Source: Burkholderiaceae bacterium
Lineage (GTDB): Bacteria > Pseudomonadota > Gammaproteobacteria > Burkholderiales > Burkholderiaceae_B
Direction of reading: 5' to 3'
DNA: 64,000 bases
NCBI GenBank assembly: GCA_965656505.1
Contig: CBFHKV010000002.1
Coordinates: 21,989-85,988 of the forward strand
A model generated the notes under the pieces. That model worked only from the letters and a program-made list of their open reading frames with translations, was not told the origin of the DNA and ran no database searches. Within the stretch, counting starts at the first letter, position 1; every line of letters begins with the position of its first letter. A program made the translations under genes and the position numbers. Of this stretch, positions 28,786-39,160 are shown piece by piece.

Positions 28786-29568
28786 ATGTTGATATCACTG
28801 AAAGGCCGAGTGACGTTGATCACGGGTGGTAGCCAAGGATTAGGCAAAGCCATGGCGTTGCGATTTGCCGAGTCGGGTGCCGATGTGGTGCTTTTGGCGC
28901 GGCGCCAAGCCCTGCTCGATGAAACGGCACAAGAAGTAGCCGCCATGAGTGGGCAGCGTGTCAAAGGTTACGCCTGCGACGTCAGCGACCCTGCACAGGT
29001 CGAGTCCGTTTGGGGTGAAATTGAAAAGGATTTTGGGAAGATCGACATTCTGATCAATAACGCCGGTTCCTCGGCGCGCCATCCCATCGAATCCTTGTCA
29101 ATGGAAAAGTTACAAGATGACATTGACCTGAAATTGAAGCCGGCGTTACGGTTAGCTCAACTGGCAATGCCCGCGATGAAGCAGCAGCAATGGGGACGCA
29201 TTATCAATGTGGTTAACATCGGTGCCAAAGCGCCGCCTGCGGGTACGGCACCGACGTGTATGACACGGGCTGCGGGTATCACCATGACCAAGGTCATGTC
29301 CAAAGAGCTGGCACCTGACAATATCCTTGTCAATGCGCTCTGCGTTGGGCAGATCATGTCCGAGCAGTGGGTTGGTTATTACAACAATGACAAGCCAGAC
29401 ATGACCTTCGACGAATATGTGGCGATGCGTGGAAAAGTGATTCCGATGCAACGCATTGGGCAGGCAGAAGAGTTCGCCAATGTGGCGTGTTTCTTGTCTT
29501 CTGACGCGGCTTCTTACGTGACGGGTGTGGCGATCAATGTCGATGGTGGCATGAGCCCTGTGACTTAA
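28786..29568 (+). CDS. SDR-family oxidoreductase
   Basis: 260 aa with TLITGGSQGLG and NNAG motifs. Confidence 0.85.
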   Translation: MLISLKGRVTLITGGSQGLGKAMALRFAESGADVVLLARRQALLDETAQEVAAMSGQRVKGYACDVSDPAQVESVWGEIEKDFGKIDILINNAGSSARHPIESLSMEKLQDDIDLKLKPALRLAQLAMPAMKQQQWGRIINVVNIGAKAPPAGTAPTCMTRAAGITMTKVMSKELAPDNILVNALCVGQIMSEQWVGYYNNDKPDMTFDEYVAMRGKVIPMQRIGQAEEFANVACFLSSDAASYVTGVAINVDGGMSPVT

Positions 29569-29592
29569 CGCTAATCGAATGAGAGGTGTACG

Positions 29593-29724
29593 GTGAAACG
29601 ATATCTCAGAGGATTGACCGTGGTCTTTTTGATGATTGGGGTGCTTGGGGTGGCAGGTTGTGGTTTAAACCCAAAAGCCGAGCGCACCCCGGATGGTTTC
29701 AATCCACCCTATAACCGCTATTAA
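29593..29724 (+). CDS. Small putative lipoprotein (43 aa), absent from the ORF track
   Basis: GTG start 6 nt after a GAGAGG RBS. The product VKRYLRGLTVVFLMIGVLGVAGCGLNPKAERTPDGFNPPYNRY has a basic n-region, a hydrophobic core and a lipobox (VAGC). Confidence 0.5.
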   Translation: MKRYLRGLTVVFLMIGVLGVAGCGLNPKAERTPDGFNPPYNRY

Positions 29725-29731
29725 AAGTTGT

Positions 29732-30553
29732 TTAGAACTGATAAGTGATGCCTGTGGTAACGCCATACGTGTAGGCTTTGTCGCTGGCATTGATATCGGG
29801 TGCATAGACCACACCCAAGCCGAGTTGTAGGTTCTCGATGGGGGCGTAGATCAATGCGACTTCACCGAAAGCACTGTATGGGCTGTTATAGGCTGGGTTG
29901 GTCTGTACGCCCATGTCAAAAGCCAGTTTCCATTGCGGATTTAATACAAGAACGGGAGCGAGCGATGCTGACCATAGGTCAGGTCGCTCAGGTTCGACGT
30001 TTGGTGTGTTGGCTTGTTGGTTGCTCGCGTAACCAACATTGAAGTGCCACTCGTGGGTGTCGGCGAGGTACGAGCCAATCAAGGTGAGGCCGAGATTGGT
30101 TTTAGCGGCGCCCAAGCCGTTGTCTTGCATGGTTTCAGCAACCGGCAACGTCACAACGGGCTTGACGGCGGCGCTCCAGCCCTTGGTTTGATCCCCTGCA
30201 AACACCCACTTCAACCCAATTTCGGAACTTTGCCAGCCATTGATGGGGCTTGTTTGTCGTGACATCCCTAAAAAAACATCGATATTGTCACTGACACCGT
30301 AGGTGTAGGTCATAGGAAAAGCGTTCGATACGCTTTGAGTGCTATCTGAGAAATGGCCTGTGTCGTCTTCAATGCGACTGCGGTTTTTTTCAAAGGCGTA
30401 GTCGAGTTCGACTTGGTGTCCGCCTGCGCCTTGTGTCCCGGTGTCATCGGTGACCAGTGGGAAATAGGCCCACGTCGGTGTGGATGCGAGTGACAGGAGA
30501 GTAGCGACCGTTGTGAGACGGCAGTGTCGTTTACTTTTTGCTGGTGATGCCAT
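29732..30553 (-). CDS. Outer-membrane beta-barrel protein (possibly the MetA-pathway/transporter OMP family)
   Basis: 273 aa with a signal peptide (...STPTWA), an alternating amphipathic pattern and a C-terminal ...GITYQF. Confidence 0.55.
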   Translation of the reverse strand: MASPAKSKRHCRLTTVATLLSLASTPTWAYFPLVTDDTGTQGAGGHQVELDYAFEKNRSRIEDDTGHFSDSTQSVSNAFPMTYTYGVSDNIDVFLGMSRQTSPINGWQSSEIGLKWVFAGDQTKGWSAAVKPVVTLPVAETMQDNGLGAAKTNLGLTLIGSYLADTHEWHFNVGYASNQQANTPNVEPERPDLWSASLAPVLVLNPQWKLAFDMGVQTNPAYNSPYSAFGEVALIYAPIENLQLGLGVVYAPDINASDKAYTYGVTTGITYQF

Positions 30554-30871
30554 GATATTTACCTGTTAGGTGGTTACAAATTCCGTGTAGGGGTCGGCTA
30601 AATGGCACAACCCGCAACGGTTAACAGGACAAGTCGAAAGTATACGTGGGGTTAAACATGGCGAATGCGGTTGGGATAAGAGGTGAGTGGCAACGATTGA
30701 CCACATGTTGTCCTCAGGGGCGGGTGGTCGCACGTATAGGCGGAGAGGAGTGGATAAAAAACGAAAACAGAAAGGACAAGGTTAGAGGGCAAACATTAAA
30801 CTAATTTTAAATGACTCAACTAAGTATTACTTTTGTAAGTGTACCTTGTTTTCAGCGGCGGGGCTCTCTGG

Positions 30872-32155
30872 TCAAGGTTGGCGCCAGTCGACACGGTGCT
30901 GGTCAGTACCCAAGGTCAGTTCGGCAATCCGAGGCGAGGTCTTCGCGATGCATTGGCCTTGTCGGAAGACCGCCAAGCGCGGTGATCGCAGTCGCAAGGC
31001 TTGCCCTGGATCGGAGGCTTGAAGCAGCACCAAGTCCGCAGGGGCACCTGGGATGAGGCCTTGGGCGGGCAGACCCAGAATGGCAGCGGGGTTGGTGGTA
31101 ATCGCAGCAAAGCATTGCTGCACCTGACTTTGCGCGGTCATTTGTCCAACATGAAGACCCATGTGAGCGACTTCAAGCATGTCGGCAGACCCCATGCTGT
31201 ACCAAGGGTCCATGACACAGTCTTGCCCAAAGGCGACTGTCAAACCTGCGGCCACGAGTTCCGGTACCCGCGTCATGCCACGTCGTTTGGGATAAGTGTC
31301 GTGCCGACCTTGTAGGGTGATGTTGACCAAGGGATTGGCAATGACGTGGATATTGGCTTGAACCATCAAATCCATTAATTTGGCTGCATAGTCATTGTCC
31401 ATGCTGTGCATGGATGTCAGGTGCGATCCGGTGACCTGACCTTGGAGCCCAAATCGGATGGTGTTGGCAGCCAGTGTCTCGATGTGCCGCGAATTCGGAT
31501 CATCGCTTTCATCACAATGCATGTCGACCATGAGACCGCGTTCGGCGGCGAGTCGACAAAGCCACTCAATGCTTTCAGTCCCTTCGTTTGTGGTGCGCTC
31601 GAAGTGTGGGATGCCGCCGACGACCTCTACGCCCATATCAAGGGCGCGAATGAGATTCGCTTGTGCGCCGGGGTGTCTAAGTAAACCATCTTGCGGAAAA
31701 GCGACCAGTTGGAGGGTTAGCCACGGCTTGAATTGTTCGCGAACGGTCATCAAGGCCTGCACGGCCAGCAACCCAGGGTCACTAATGTCAACGTGTGTGC
31801 GTATGGCCAGAATACCGTTGGCAATCGCCCAATGGCAGTAATGGGTGGCGCTTTCTTCGATGCTCTCACGCGTTAAGCTGGGTTTGAGTTCGGCCCACAA
31901 AGCGATGCCTTCTCGCAATGTGCCGCTTCGATTTGGTCGCGGTTGACCGAAGCGCAGGGTTGAATCAAGATGGAAATGCGCGTCCACAAAAGCCGAACTA
32001 AGCAAGTGGTGTCCTGCATCGAAGGTCTGCGCGGTTTCGCATCCGGATAGCTCGTGATCACAACCCACTTGGGCGATCAGGCCATCTTTGATGCCCAACG
32101 CCATGTCACGTTGGCCGTCGGGGAAATTCGCGTGTCGAATCACAAGATCAAGCAT
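30872..32155 (-). CDS. codA: Cytosine deaminase (amidohydrolase superfamily)
   Basis: Collinear with E. coli CodA: FVDAHFHLD, SGTLREGIALWAE, QLVAFPQDG, VDMHCDESDD, NPLVNITLQGRHDTYPKRRGMTRV. I moved the start to the ATG at 32155. Confidence 0.85.
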   Translation of the reverse strand: MLDLVIRHANFPDGQRDMALGIKDGLIAQVGCDHELSGCETAQTFDAGHHLLSSAFVDAHFHLDSTLRFGQPRPNRSGTLREGIALWAELKPSLTRESIEESATHYCHWAIANGILAIRTHVDISDPGLLAVQALMTVREQFKPWLTLQLVAFPQDGLLRHPGAQANLIRALDMGVEVVGGIPHFERTTNEGTESIEWLCRLAAERGLMVDMHCDESDDPNSRHIETLAANTIRFGLQGQVTGSHLTSMHSMDNDYAAKLMDLMVQANIHVIANPLVNITLQGRHDTYPKRRGMTRVPELVAAGLTVAFGQDCVMDPWYSMGSADMLEVAHMGLHVGQMTAQSQVQQCFAAITTNPAAILGLPAQGLIPGAPADLVLLQASDPGQALRLRSPRLAVFRQGQCIAKTSPRIAELTLGTDQHRVDWRQP

Positions 32156-32279
32156 GGTTTGGCGTCCTTTGTGTGAGTGGAACCGCAGTGCCCGGTGCGC
32201 TAGCTCGCACGCTCGTTCGGCTGTTATGCTTAGCCACAAATTTAATTTAATAACGGCGAGATGCCGTGGTGTTTGAAAA

Positions 32280-33446
32280 ATGAAAATTGCGATTGCAGGT
32301 TTGGGCTATGTCGGACTGTCTAACGGTATTCTATTGTCCCAACACAATGAAGTGGTCGCGCTTGATGTGCTCCCTGAAAAGGTTGCCATGCTCAACCGAA
32401 AAGAGTCACCGATTGTCGATGAAGAACTAGAGTTGTTTTTGAAATCAAAAACACTGAACTTCCGAGCCACACTCGATGCGCAGGAGGCTTACCAAGGGGC
32501 GGACTTTGTCATCATTGCCACGCCCACGAACTACGACCCCGAGACCAATTATTTCAACACCGAGTCGATCGAATCCGTGATCCGAGCGGTGACAGCGATC
32601 AATCCGCAAGCGGTTCTCGTGATCAAGTCAACGGTACCTGTGGGCTATACCACTCGAACCCGCGAAGCACTCGGTTGCGATCAGTTGATCTTTTCCCCAG
32701 AGTTTTTACGCGAAGGCCGAGCCTTGTACGACAACTTGCATCCATCGCGTATCGTGGTGGGGGAGCAATCAGCGCGGGCACGAACATTTGCCGATTTATT
32801 GCAACAGGCGGCCATCAAGCCGGATGTGCCTGTCCTTCTCACGAATTCTACCGAAGCTGAGGCGATCAAGCTGTTTGCCAATACGTATTTGGCGCTCCGG
32901 GTATCGTATTTCAATGAACTTGACTCTTATGCGGCAAGCCTGGGGCTCGACACCCGTCAGATCATTGACGGCGTGGGGCTGGATCCGAGAATTGGCACCC
33001 ATTACAACAACCCATCGTTTGGTTACGGTGGCTACTGTTTACCCAAAGACACACGTCAATTATTGGCCAATTATCGCGATGTGCCACAAAACCTCATCCA
33101 GGCCATCGTCGATTCGAACACCACTCGCAAAGACTTTGTGGCCTTCGATATCATCAATCGAAACCCCTCGGTCGTGGGTGTTTACCGTTTGATCATGAAA
33201 AGTGGTTCGGACAATTTTCGATCCTCGAGCATCCAAGGCATCATGAAACGCATCAAAGCGCGTGGTATCAAAATGATCATTTTTGAGCCAACGTTCAAGG
33301 AGCCTGATTTTTTTGGTTCGCCGGTTTACACCGATTTTGAGGCCTTCAAGCGCGATGCTGATTTAATTATCAGCAACAGAATGGCTGATGCCTTGTCTGA
33401 CGTGGCGCAAAAGGTCTACACAAGGGATCTGTTCGGTCAGGATTAG
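32280..33446 (+). CDS. ugd: UDP-glucose 6-dehydrogenase
   Basis: 388 aa with [25 protein letters not shown] and [10 protein letters not shown] (catalytic Cys), collinear with E. coli Ugd. Confidence 0.9.
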   Translation: MKIAIAGLGYVGLSNGILLSQHNEVVALDVLPEKVAMLNRKESPIVDEELELFLKSKTLNFRATLDAQEAYQGADFVIIATPTNYDPETNYFNTESIESVIRAVTAINPQAVLVIKSTVPVGYTTRTREALGCDQLIFSPEFLREGRALYDNLHPSRIVVGEQSARARTFADLLQQAAIKPDVPVLLTNSTEAEAIKLFANTYLALRVSYFNELDSYAASLGLDTRQIIDGVGLDPRIGTHYNNPSFGYGGYCLPKDTRQLLANYRDVPQNLIQAIVDSNTTRKDFVAFDIINRNPSVVGVYRLIMKSGSDNFRSSSIQGIMKRIKARGIKMIIFEPTFKEPDFFGSPVYTDFEAFKRDADLIISNRMADALSDVAQKVYTRDLFGQD

Positions 33447-33590
33447 CGTTGTCATTCGGGGCATGGTGGTTTCTAAGACCAACGGCTGCCGATTGGGTGG
33501 GGATGAGGATCAGCGAAGCTTTCATTGCGGTCTTGTCTCGTGCTACTTTGAAATCTCCCTGTGCAACGATGCGATGTAAAGGAGAAGATC

Positions 33591-34355
33591 ATGGCGACCG
33601 TAAACACGACCACAGCACTTGCAATCTCTGAGCTGACGATCTTAATCACGGGAGGTGCCCGCGGAATTGGCGCCGCCACTGCTTCTCGGTTAGCGCTTGG
33701 TGGCGCCAAGGTCATGATCACGGATGTGCTAGACGAAGAGGGCCAGGCCTTGGCTGAGCGCCTGGGTCCAAATGTGCGGTATCAGCATCTAGACGTCACA
33801 GATGTTTCGCATTGGGAGAAGGCCGTGACGAGCACTGAGAAACACTTCGGTTCTCTCAATGCCTTATTCAATAATGCGGGGATCGTGGCCTTTGAGGCGG
33901 TTGACCACACCACACCCGAGTCGTTCAAACGGATTTTGGATATCAATCTGTTTGGTGTTTTTTTGGGTATCCAGGCGGTGACGCCGGCGATGCGACGAAG
34001 CGGACACGGCGTCATTGTGAACATGTCTTCTACCGCGGGTCTACAGGGCTACGCTGGACTTGCCGGTTATGTGGCGAGCAAGTGGGGCGTCAGGGGACTG
34101 ACCAAAGCCTGCGCACTCGATCTGGCGCCCGATCACATTCGTGTTTTGTCGATACACCCCGGCCCAGTTCGCACACCGATGACGGCAGAAATGCCAGACG
34201 AGGTGGTTCAGTCTCAACCGATTGCTCGGTTTGGCGAACCCGAAGAGGTGGCCCGAATGGTGCGGTTTCTATTGACTGAGGCGACATTTAGCACGGGCAG
34301 TGAATTCGTCGTCGACGGCGGTGCGGTGACCGGTCAAGTATTGGCGTTGAAGTAG
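33591..34355 (+). CDS. SDR-family oxidoreductase (hydroxysteroid-dehydrogenase-like)
   Basis: The ATG at 33591 follows an AAAGGAGAAG RBS. Motifs are ITGGARGIG, NNAG and YVASKWG. Confidence 0.85.
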   Translation: MATVNTTTALAISELTILITGGARGIGAATASRLALGGAKVMITDVLDEEGQALAERLGPNVRYQHLDVTDVSHWEKAVTSTEKHFGSLNALFNNAGIVAFEAVDHTTPESFKRILDINLFGVFLGIQAVTPAMRRSGHGVIVNMSSTAGLQGYAGLAGYVASKWGVRGLTKACALDLAPDHIRVLSIHPGPVRTPMTAEMPDEVVQSQPIARFGEPEEVARMVRFLLTEATFSTGSEFVVDGGAVTGQVLALK

Positions 34356-34478
34356 CGGCTCAAAGCATGAGGCGTGCGGTGGTTGAACAGTGACCGCGCA
34401 CGCTCTGATCGGCGCGCGCTGGTAACCTATGGCAGGCTGAGAACAGTTGAGCTGCCAAACGGTTTCAGAGGTGAATTC

Positions 34479-34949
34479 ATGAGCAAAACATCACACGCGC
34501 TGTGTGCACAACGTTATTTTGAAGACTTTTCGATAGGCGAACGGTTCAATATTCCATCGCGCACCATGACCGACGCCTTGTTTGCTGCGTTTCAAATGGC
34601 TAGCGGTGATAACCATCCCGTGCATTACGACATTGAGTATTGTCGTGCGCACGGGATGCCGCAGATGTTGGCCCACGGGTTTCAAGTATTGATCCAAAGT
34701 GCGGCGGGGGCAGGGTTGTTCCCTCATATGGTCGAAGAATCGCTCAAAGCTTTCATTGAACAACGCTCACGATTCGTGAATCCCGTGTTTGTGGGAGATA
34801 CCTTGTATCCGAGCTTGACCGTAAGTGAATTGATACCAGGCAACACCACCGGTGTGTTGGTGATGGCCTCTCTGATTACCAATCAACGCGAAGTGGTCGT
34901 GCTCGAAGGCGAGCAACGTTATCTTTTACGTAAAAAAACACAAGGCTAA
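34479..34949 (+). CDS. MaoC-like (hot-dog fold) dehydratase
   Basis: 156 aa from MSKTSH.... It contains the MASGDNHPVHYD motif. Confidence 0.75.
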   Translation: MSKTSHALCAQRYFEDFSIGERFNIPSRTMTDALFAAFQMASGDNHPVHYDIEYCRAHGMPQMLAHGFQVLIQSAAGAGLFPHMVEESLKAFIEQRSRFVNPVFVGDTLYPSLTVSELIPGNTTGVLVMASLITNQREVVVLEGEQRYLLRKKTQG

Positions 34950-34960
34950 GCGAGGCGCAC

Positions 34961-36145
34961 ATGCAACCATTAAAAGGTATTCGTGTATTGGATTTGAGCA
35001 AGGTGTTGGCAGGCCCGCTTTGTGCGCAGTATCTTGGAGATATGGGCGCCGATGTCATCAAAATAGAACCGCCGGCCACGGGCGACGATACGCGTGCTTG
35101 GTTGCCGCAAAAGGGCGGTGAGTCGGCGACTTTTATGTCCGTCAATCACAATAAACGCAGCTTGGCCTTGGATCTTAAAACCGCAGCGGGCCAGGCGGTT
35201 TTACACCGATTGGTCAAGCAAGCCGATGTGGTCATCCAGGGTTATGGGGCGGGCACGGCACAAAAACTCAAGGTTGATGATGAAACCCTTCGTGCGATCA
35301 ATCCACAACTTGTTTATTGCGAAATTTCAGGTTATGGGCGGGACGGTCCCTTGGGCAAAGAGCCGGGTTATGACGTGATGTTGCAGGCCTTTAGTGCCAT
35401 GATCAGTACCATGGGGGATCCGCAAGGTGAGTTGGCACGTGTCAGTTTTTCGCCAGTGGATTTGGGCACAGGTATTCACGCCTCGACCGGTATTTTGGGT
35501 GCCTTGTTGCATCAACAACGCACCGGCGAAGGTGTTTACGTCGAAGTCTCATTGCTAGACACGGCCATGGGGTTCATGGTGTACCTTGCGCATAACTACT
35601 GGGCCAGTGGCAAAGTGCCTGGACCCATGGGTTCGGCGCATCCATCCCTGTGTCCTTATCAACTCTTTAAGACGTTGGATGGACAGGTGATGCTCGGTGT
35701 TGCCAACGATCGTGCTTGGCAGCGGTTCTGTGAGGTCGCTGGGATGCAGGCCTTCGTCGACGAGCCAAAGTTTGTTACCAATGCCGATCGGGTAAGACAT
35801 TTCGATGAGACCAACACCCTCGTGCAGCAGTTCATGCGCTTGAAGACAACCGAGGACTGGATCGTTCGTTTGCGAGAGGCGGGGGTGCCTGTGGCACCTA
35901 TCCACACACTCGATCAAGCCCTCGAAGATGAACACGTGTTGGCCAGAGGTATTGTTTCAAGTACCGTGCATCCGACGGTGGGTGAAGTCAAGCACATCAA
36001 TCAGCCAGTGACTTTTAATCGTCAGGTCCGACAATCGCAGCGACCAGCACCCACGCTGGGGCAGCACACAAAAGAGGTGCTGCTTGAGTCGGGGTTTTCC
36101 GAGGCGGAAATATCCCGTCTTGAGAATGAAAAAATAATCGGATAA
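34961..36145 (+). CDS. Family III CoA-transferase (CaiB/BaiF)
   Basis: 394 aa with LKGIRVLDLSKVLAGPLCAQYLGDMGADVIKIE and ...GYD... motifs. Confidence 0.85.
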   Translation: MQPLKGIRVLDLSKVLAGPLCAQYLGDMGADVIKIEPPATGDDTRAWLPQKGGESATFMSVNHNKRSLALDLKTAAGQAVLHRLVKQADVVIQGYGAGTAQKLKVDDETLRAINPQLVYCEISGYGRDGPLGKEPGYDVMLQAFSAMISTMGDPQGELARVSFSPVDLGTGIHASTGILGALLHQQRTGEGVYVEVSLLDTAMGFMVYLAHNYWASGKVPGPMGSAHPSLCPYQLFKTLDGQVMLGVANDRAWQRFCEVAGMQAFVDEPKFVTNADRVRHFDETNTLVQQFMRLKTTEDWIVRLREAGVPVAPIHTLDQALEDEHVLARGIVSSTVHPTVGEVKHINQPVTFNRQVRQSQRPAPTLGQHTKEVLLESGFSEAEISRLENEKIIG

Positions 36146-36175
36146 TCTTTCAACACGATTTAAGTGGGAGTGTTT

Positions 36176-36547
36176 ATGTCTTTTTTTGAAGCGGTTGCGT
36201 CTTGTTTTTCTAAATATGCCCAGTTCTCGGGACGCGCATCGCGCGCTGAGTACTGGTGGTTCATGTTGTTTTTGCTGCTGGCATCGGTTTTACTCAACCA
36301 GCTGGTGATGTCGTTTTTTGGTGCGGGTGCAGCCGGTGTGGTTAGTTTTTTGTTCACATTGGCGATGCTGTTACCAACGATTGCTGTAACAGCGAGACGA
36401 TTGCATGACATGAATCACAGCGGTTGGTGGCAGTTACTGGCGCTGACCGGCATCGGTGGCTTGGTACTGGCTATTTGGTATATGTTTGCCGGCACGCCGG
36501 ACGCCAATCGTTTTGGGGAACCCGTTGTGGCACTGGAAGAGGGTTGA
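36176..36547 (+). CDS. DUF805-family inner-membrane protein
   Basis: YAQFSGRASRAEYWWF...TARRLHDMNHSGWW is the DUF805 signature. The start is the ATG at 36176, after a GGGAG RBS. Confidence 0.75.
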   Translation: MSFFEAVASCFSKYAQFSGRASRAEYWWFMLFLLLASVLLNQLVMSFFGAGAAGVVSFLFTLAMLLPTIAVTARRLHDMNHSGWWQLLALTGIGGLVLAIWYMFAGTPDANRFGEPVVALEEG

Positions 36548-36763
36548 TAGCCAAGCCCTGATTGAAGGCGGGCTAGGTCTGAACTGGGTGATGAGTTGAC
36601 CCTTAACCAACCGCGTCTCCCGCTTTGACGGACACATCGGGTGTCTACATGCCCTTTTGATTTGCCGCAGACATGCTGCGTTTTTCGTTTCTATTTGTCA
36701 CGAATTTGCCTTGTAAACACGTTACGATCAGTCTTTAAAAAGTAATCATAAATACGAGATTTC

Positions 36764-37237
36764 ATGAAAACGTTGTTACTGGTCAGGCATGCCAAAACAG
36801 CGCCGGCGGGCGAACACCAATCTGACCATCAAAGGGCCTTAGAGGATGTGGGCGTGACAGCGGCGGGAAAGCTAGCCCATTACCTAAAAAAGAAGAGTTA
36901 TGACGTTGATGTCATGTTGGTCAGCTCGGCGAATCGCACGCAAACCACGGCACAAATTCTCTTGACCGCCATGGTCGAACACCCCCCACAGGTGGTTGTG
37001 TCAGATGAGCTTTATTTGGCAAGTGCTGATACGCTTTGGCAGGCGATTACGGGTGCTGACGCCAGCATTCAGGACTTGATGGTGGTGGCGCACAACCCTG
37101 GGCTCGAGGAATTGGCTCAGCGGTTCTTGCCTTCCTTGGATAGGCTCCATACGGGCGAAATGGTTCGTATACGGTTTGATATCAGTGAATGGCATGATGC
37201 TTCACCTGCCGTGGCTCAGGATGTCAAAAGGGTATGA
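36764..37237 (+). CDS. Histidine-phosphatase-family protein (SixA-like)
   Basis: 157 aa with LLLVRHAK..., ...RTQTTA and VVAHNPG motifs. Confidence 0.7.
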   Translation: MKTLLLVRHAKTAPAGEHQSDHQRALEDVGVTAAGKLAHYLKKKSYDVDVMLVSSANRTQTTAQILLTAMVEHPPQVVVSDELYLASADTLWQAITGADASIQDLMVVAHNPGLEELAQRFLPSLDRLHTGEMVRIRFDISEWHDASPAVAQDVKRV

Positions 37238-38316
37238 AGGGGTGGCAGTGGCCGCTGGTATTTTCTCTTTGTGCTGTCGTTGGTGAATCGGTGGCCGCAA
37301 ACAGCGATTCAGGCAAGGTGGTGATTGCGCATCGTGGTGCAAGTGGTTATTTGCCGGAGCACACTCTAGCAGCCAAAGCGATGGCGCATGCCCAAGGGGC
37401 AGACTTCCTTGAGCAAGACCTTGTTATGACGCGTGATGGCGAAGTGGTGGTGCTGCATGACATAACTTTAGATGCGACCACTGATGTCGCGACACGCTTT
37501 ACCGATCGGGCACGTGTCGATGGCAAGCATTATGTGATCGACTTCACCTTAGATGAGTTGCGAACGTTGCGAGTTTTTGAGCGGCGAAATCAAAGTGCAA
37601 CAGCGACCTACCCCAAGCGTATGCGTGTCAAACAAGCCCGGTTTGGCGTTCACACGTTGGCTGAAGAGCTCGAAATGATACAGGCGTTAAATAGAGTCAC
37701 GGGTCATGATGCTGCTATTTATCCCGAGATAAAGGCGCCCGGATTTCATCAAGAAAACGGTCACGATTTGTCTGAAGCCACACTGAACATTCTTAAGTCC
37801 TATGGTTACGTCAAACGTGATGATGGCGTGGTGATTCAATCATTTGATGCTGGTGAATTGCAGCGTATCAAAGGTGAGTTGATGCCTGGTTTGGGCCTAG
37901 ATCTGCCCCTAACTCAATTGTTAGCGGATCCACGTTGGGGGGCGTCTATCGGTTCGCCTTCGGACAATGAGTGGCAGCCAGAGATGCTGAGCACCATAGC
38001 AACCTATGCTGACGCGGTGGGAGTGCCTGTATCAATGCTGATTGAGCGCGGTTCAGATCGGAAAGCCGGTGGACAAACATCGTCAGCCCTATCGACAGTG
38101 ATATCACCATCCACGCTGGTGCCTGCTGCCCATCGCCAAGGCTTGTCAGTGCATGCCTATACCTTACGGGCAGATCGTTTGCCGTTGTCACAGGGCACAC
38201 TGGAAGATTGGCACCAGTGGTTATTTGAAACGGCGCAAATTGATGGCGTGTTTACAGACTTTCCTGATCTCACGGTGCAATATCTGAATCGCACAGGGAA
38301 CACGGTCAAAGAATAA
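37234..38316 (+). CDS. glpQ: Periplasmic glycerophosphodiester phosphodiesterase
   Basis: 360 aa with a signal peptide. VIAHRGASGYLPEHT and FLEQDLVMTRDGEVVVLHD are GlpQ motifs. Its start overlaps the upstream stop (ATGA). Confidence 0.85.
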   Translation: MKGWQWPLVFSLCAVVGESVAANSDSGKVVIAHRGASGYLPEHTLAAKAMAHAQGADFLEQDLVMTRDGEVVVLHDITLDATTDVATRFTDRARVDGKHYVIDFTLDELRTLRVFERRNQSATATYPKRMRVKQARFGVHTLAEELEMIQALNRVTGHDAAIYPEIKAPGFHQENGHDLSEATLNILKSYGYVKRDDGVVIQSFDAGELQRIKGELMPGLGLDLPLTQLLADPRWGASIGSPSDNEWQPEMLSTIATYADAVGVPVSMLIERGSDRKAGGQTSSALSTVISPSTLVPAAHRQGLSVHAYTLRADRLPLSQGTLEDWHQWLFETAQIDGVFTDFPDLTVQYLNRTGNTVKE

Positions 38317-38343
38317 CGGTCTTTAAGACACCACTCAATAAAC

Positions 38344-38371
38344 AAGGGGACCGATCTTGATCGGTCCCCTT
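38344..38371 (+). terminator. Hairpin downstream of glpQ
   Basis: AAGGGGACCGATC/GATCGGTCCCCTT palindrome. The U-tract is weak. Confidence 0.5.
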
Positions 38372-38571
38372 GAGACTTACATCATGGCTTAGCGTCTATC
38401 TTTAGCCACCTCGCCAAGCTTAACGTGTTGTGGATCTTCCAAAATAGCAGGCTGCAAGGGTTGGATGGGCTCACTGCGTACCGATTAAATTTGATCAGCG
38501 AACGCGCCAGCTGAAAGTGACACCGCTAAAGTAGCAACAACCATTGTTTCAAGAGCAACTAAAGATCTGTT

Positions 38572-39069
38572 TCAGTGACCTTTCATCATTTTGTGACCAG
38601 TGCCCATGAAGGTCGGTGGCATCACTTTAAAAGTGACCGTGTCTTGATGATTGCCCTCAAAATTTAACGTGAGTGCAACGTCCTGACCGGGTTCAAATGG
38701 TGCACGAAGACCGATGAACATGATGTGATAGCCACCAGGCTCGAGCTTGACTAAACTGGCTGCAGGAATGTTGATCTTTTCTACTTCACGCATTTTGGCG
38801 ACGCCGTCAGTACGTGTCACTGTATGCAATTCAATACGGTCTGCCCGGTCGCTATCGACTGAAAGAAGCGCCAGTGGTTTGGCGCCCGTGTTGTGTATGG
38901 TCACGTAACCGGCGCCGTTCTTTTGTCCTGGCGCGGAGCCGCGAAGCCAAGGGTCTTTGAAGTTCAATGGATTAGGGCCGCTTTGGGCCATAGCTATGCC
39001 ACTTAAAACCAACAAAGTTGAGATGGTCAGCGATTTAAAAAACGTGGTGAGGTTCTTCATATTAGTCAT
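38572..39069 (-). CDS. Periplasmic copper chaperone PCu(A)C (DUF461)
   Basis: 165 aa with a signal peptide. GAGYVTIHNTG...ELH...MREV...GGYHIMFIGL matches the H/M copper-binding pattern of PCuAC, and the tail is Met/His-rich. Confidence 0.8.
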   Translation of the reverse strand: MTNMKNLTTFFKSLTISTLLVLSGIAMAQSGPNPLNFKDPWLRGSAPGQKNGAGYVTIHNTGAKPLALLSVDSDRADRIELHTVTRTDGVAKMREVEKINIPAASLVKLEPGGYHIMFIGLRAPFEPGQDVALTLNFEGNHQDTVTFKVMPPTFMGTGHKMMKGH

Positions 39070-39160
39070 CCAGAGTGTTGATGGTGTGCGTTTGGTCTTT
39101 GTTGTGTATCTAGCATGTAGCGAATGTATGTCGTTTCATGAGCAAACACTCGTTAGTGGT

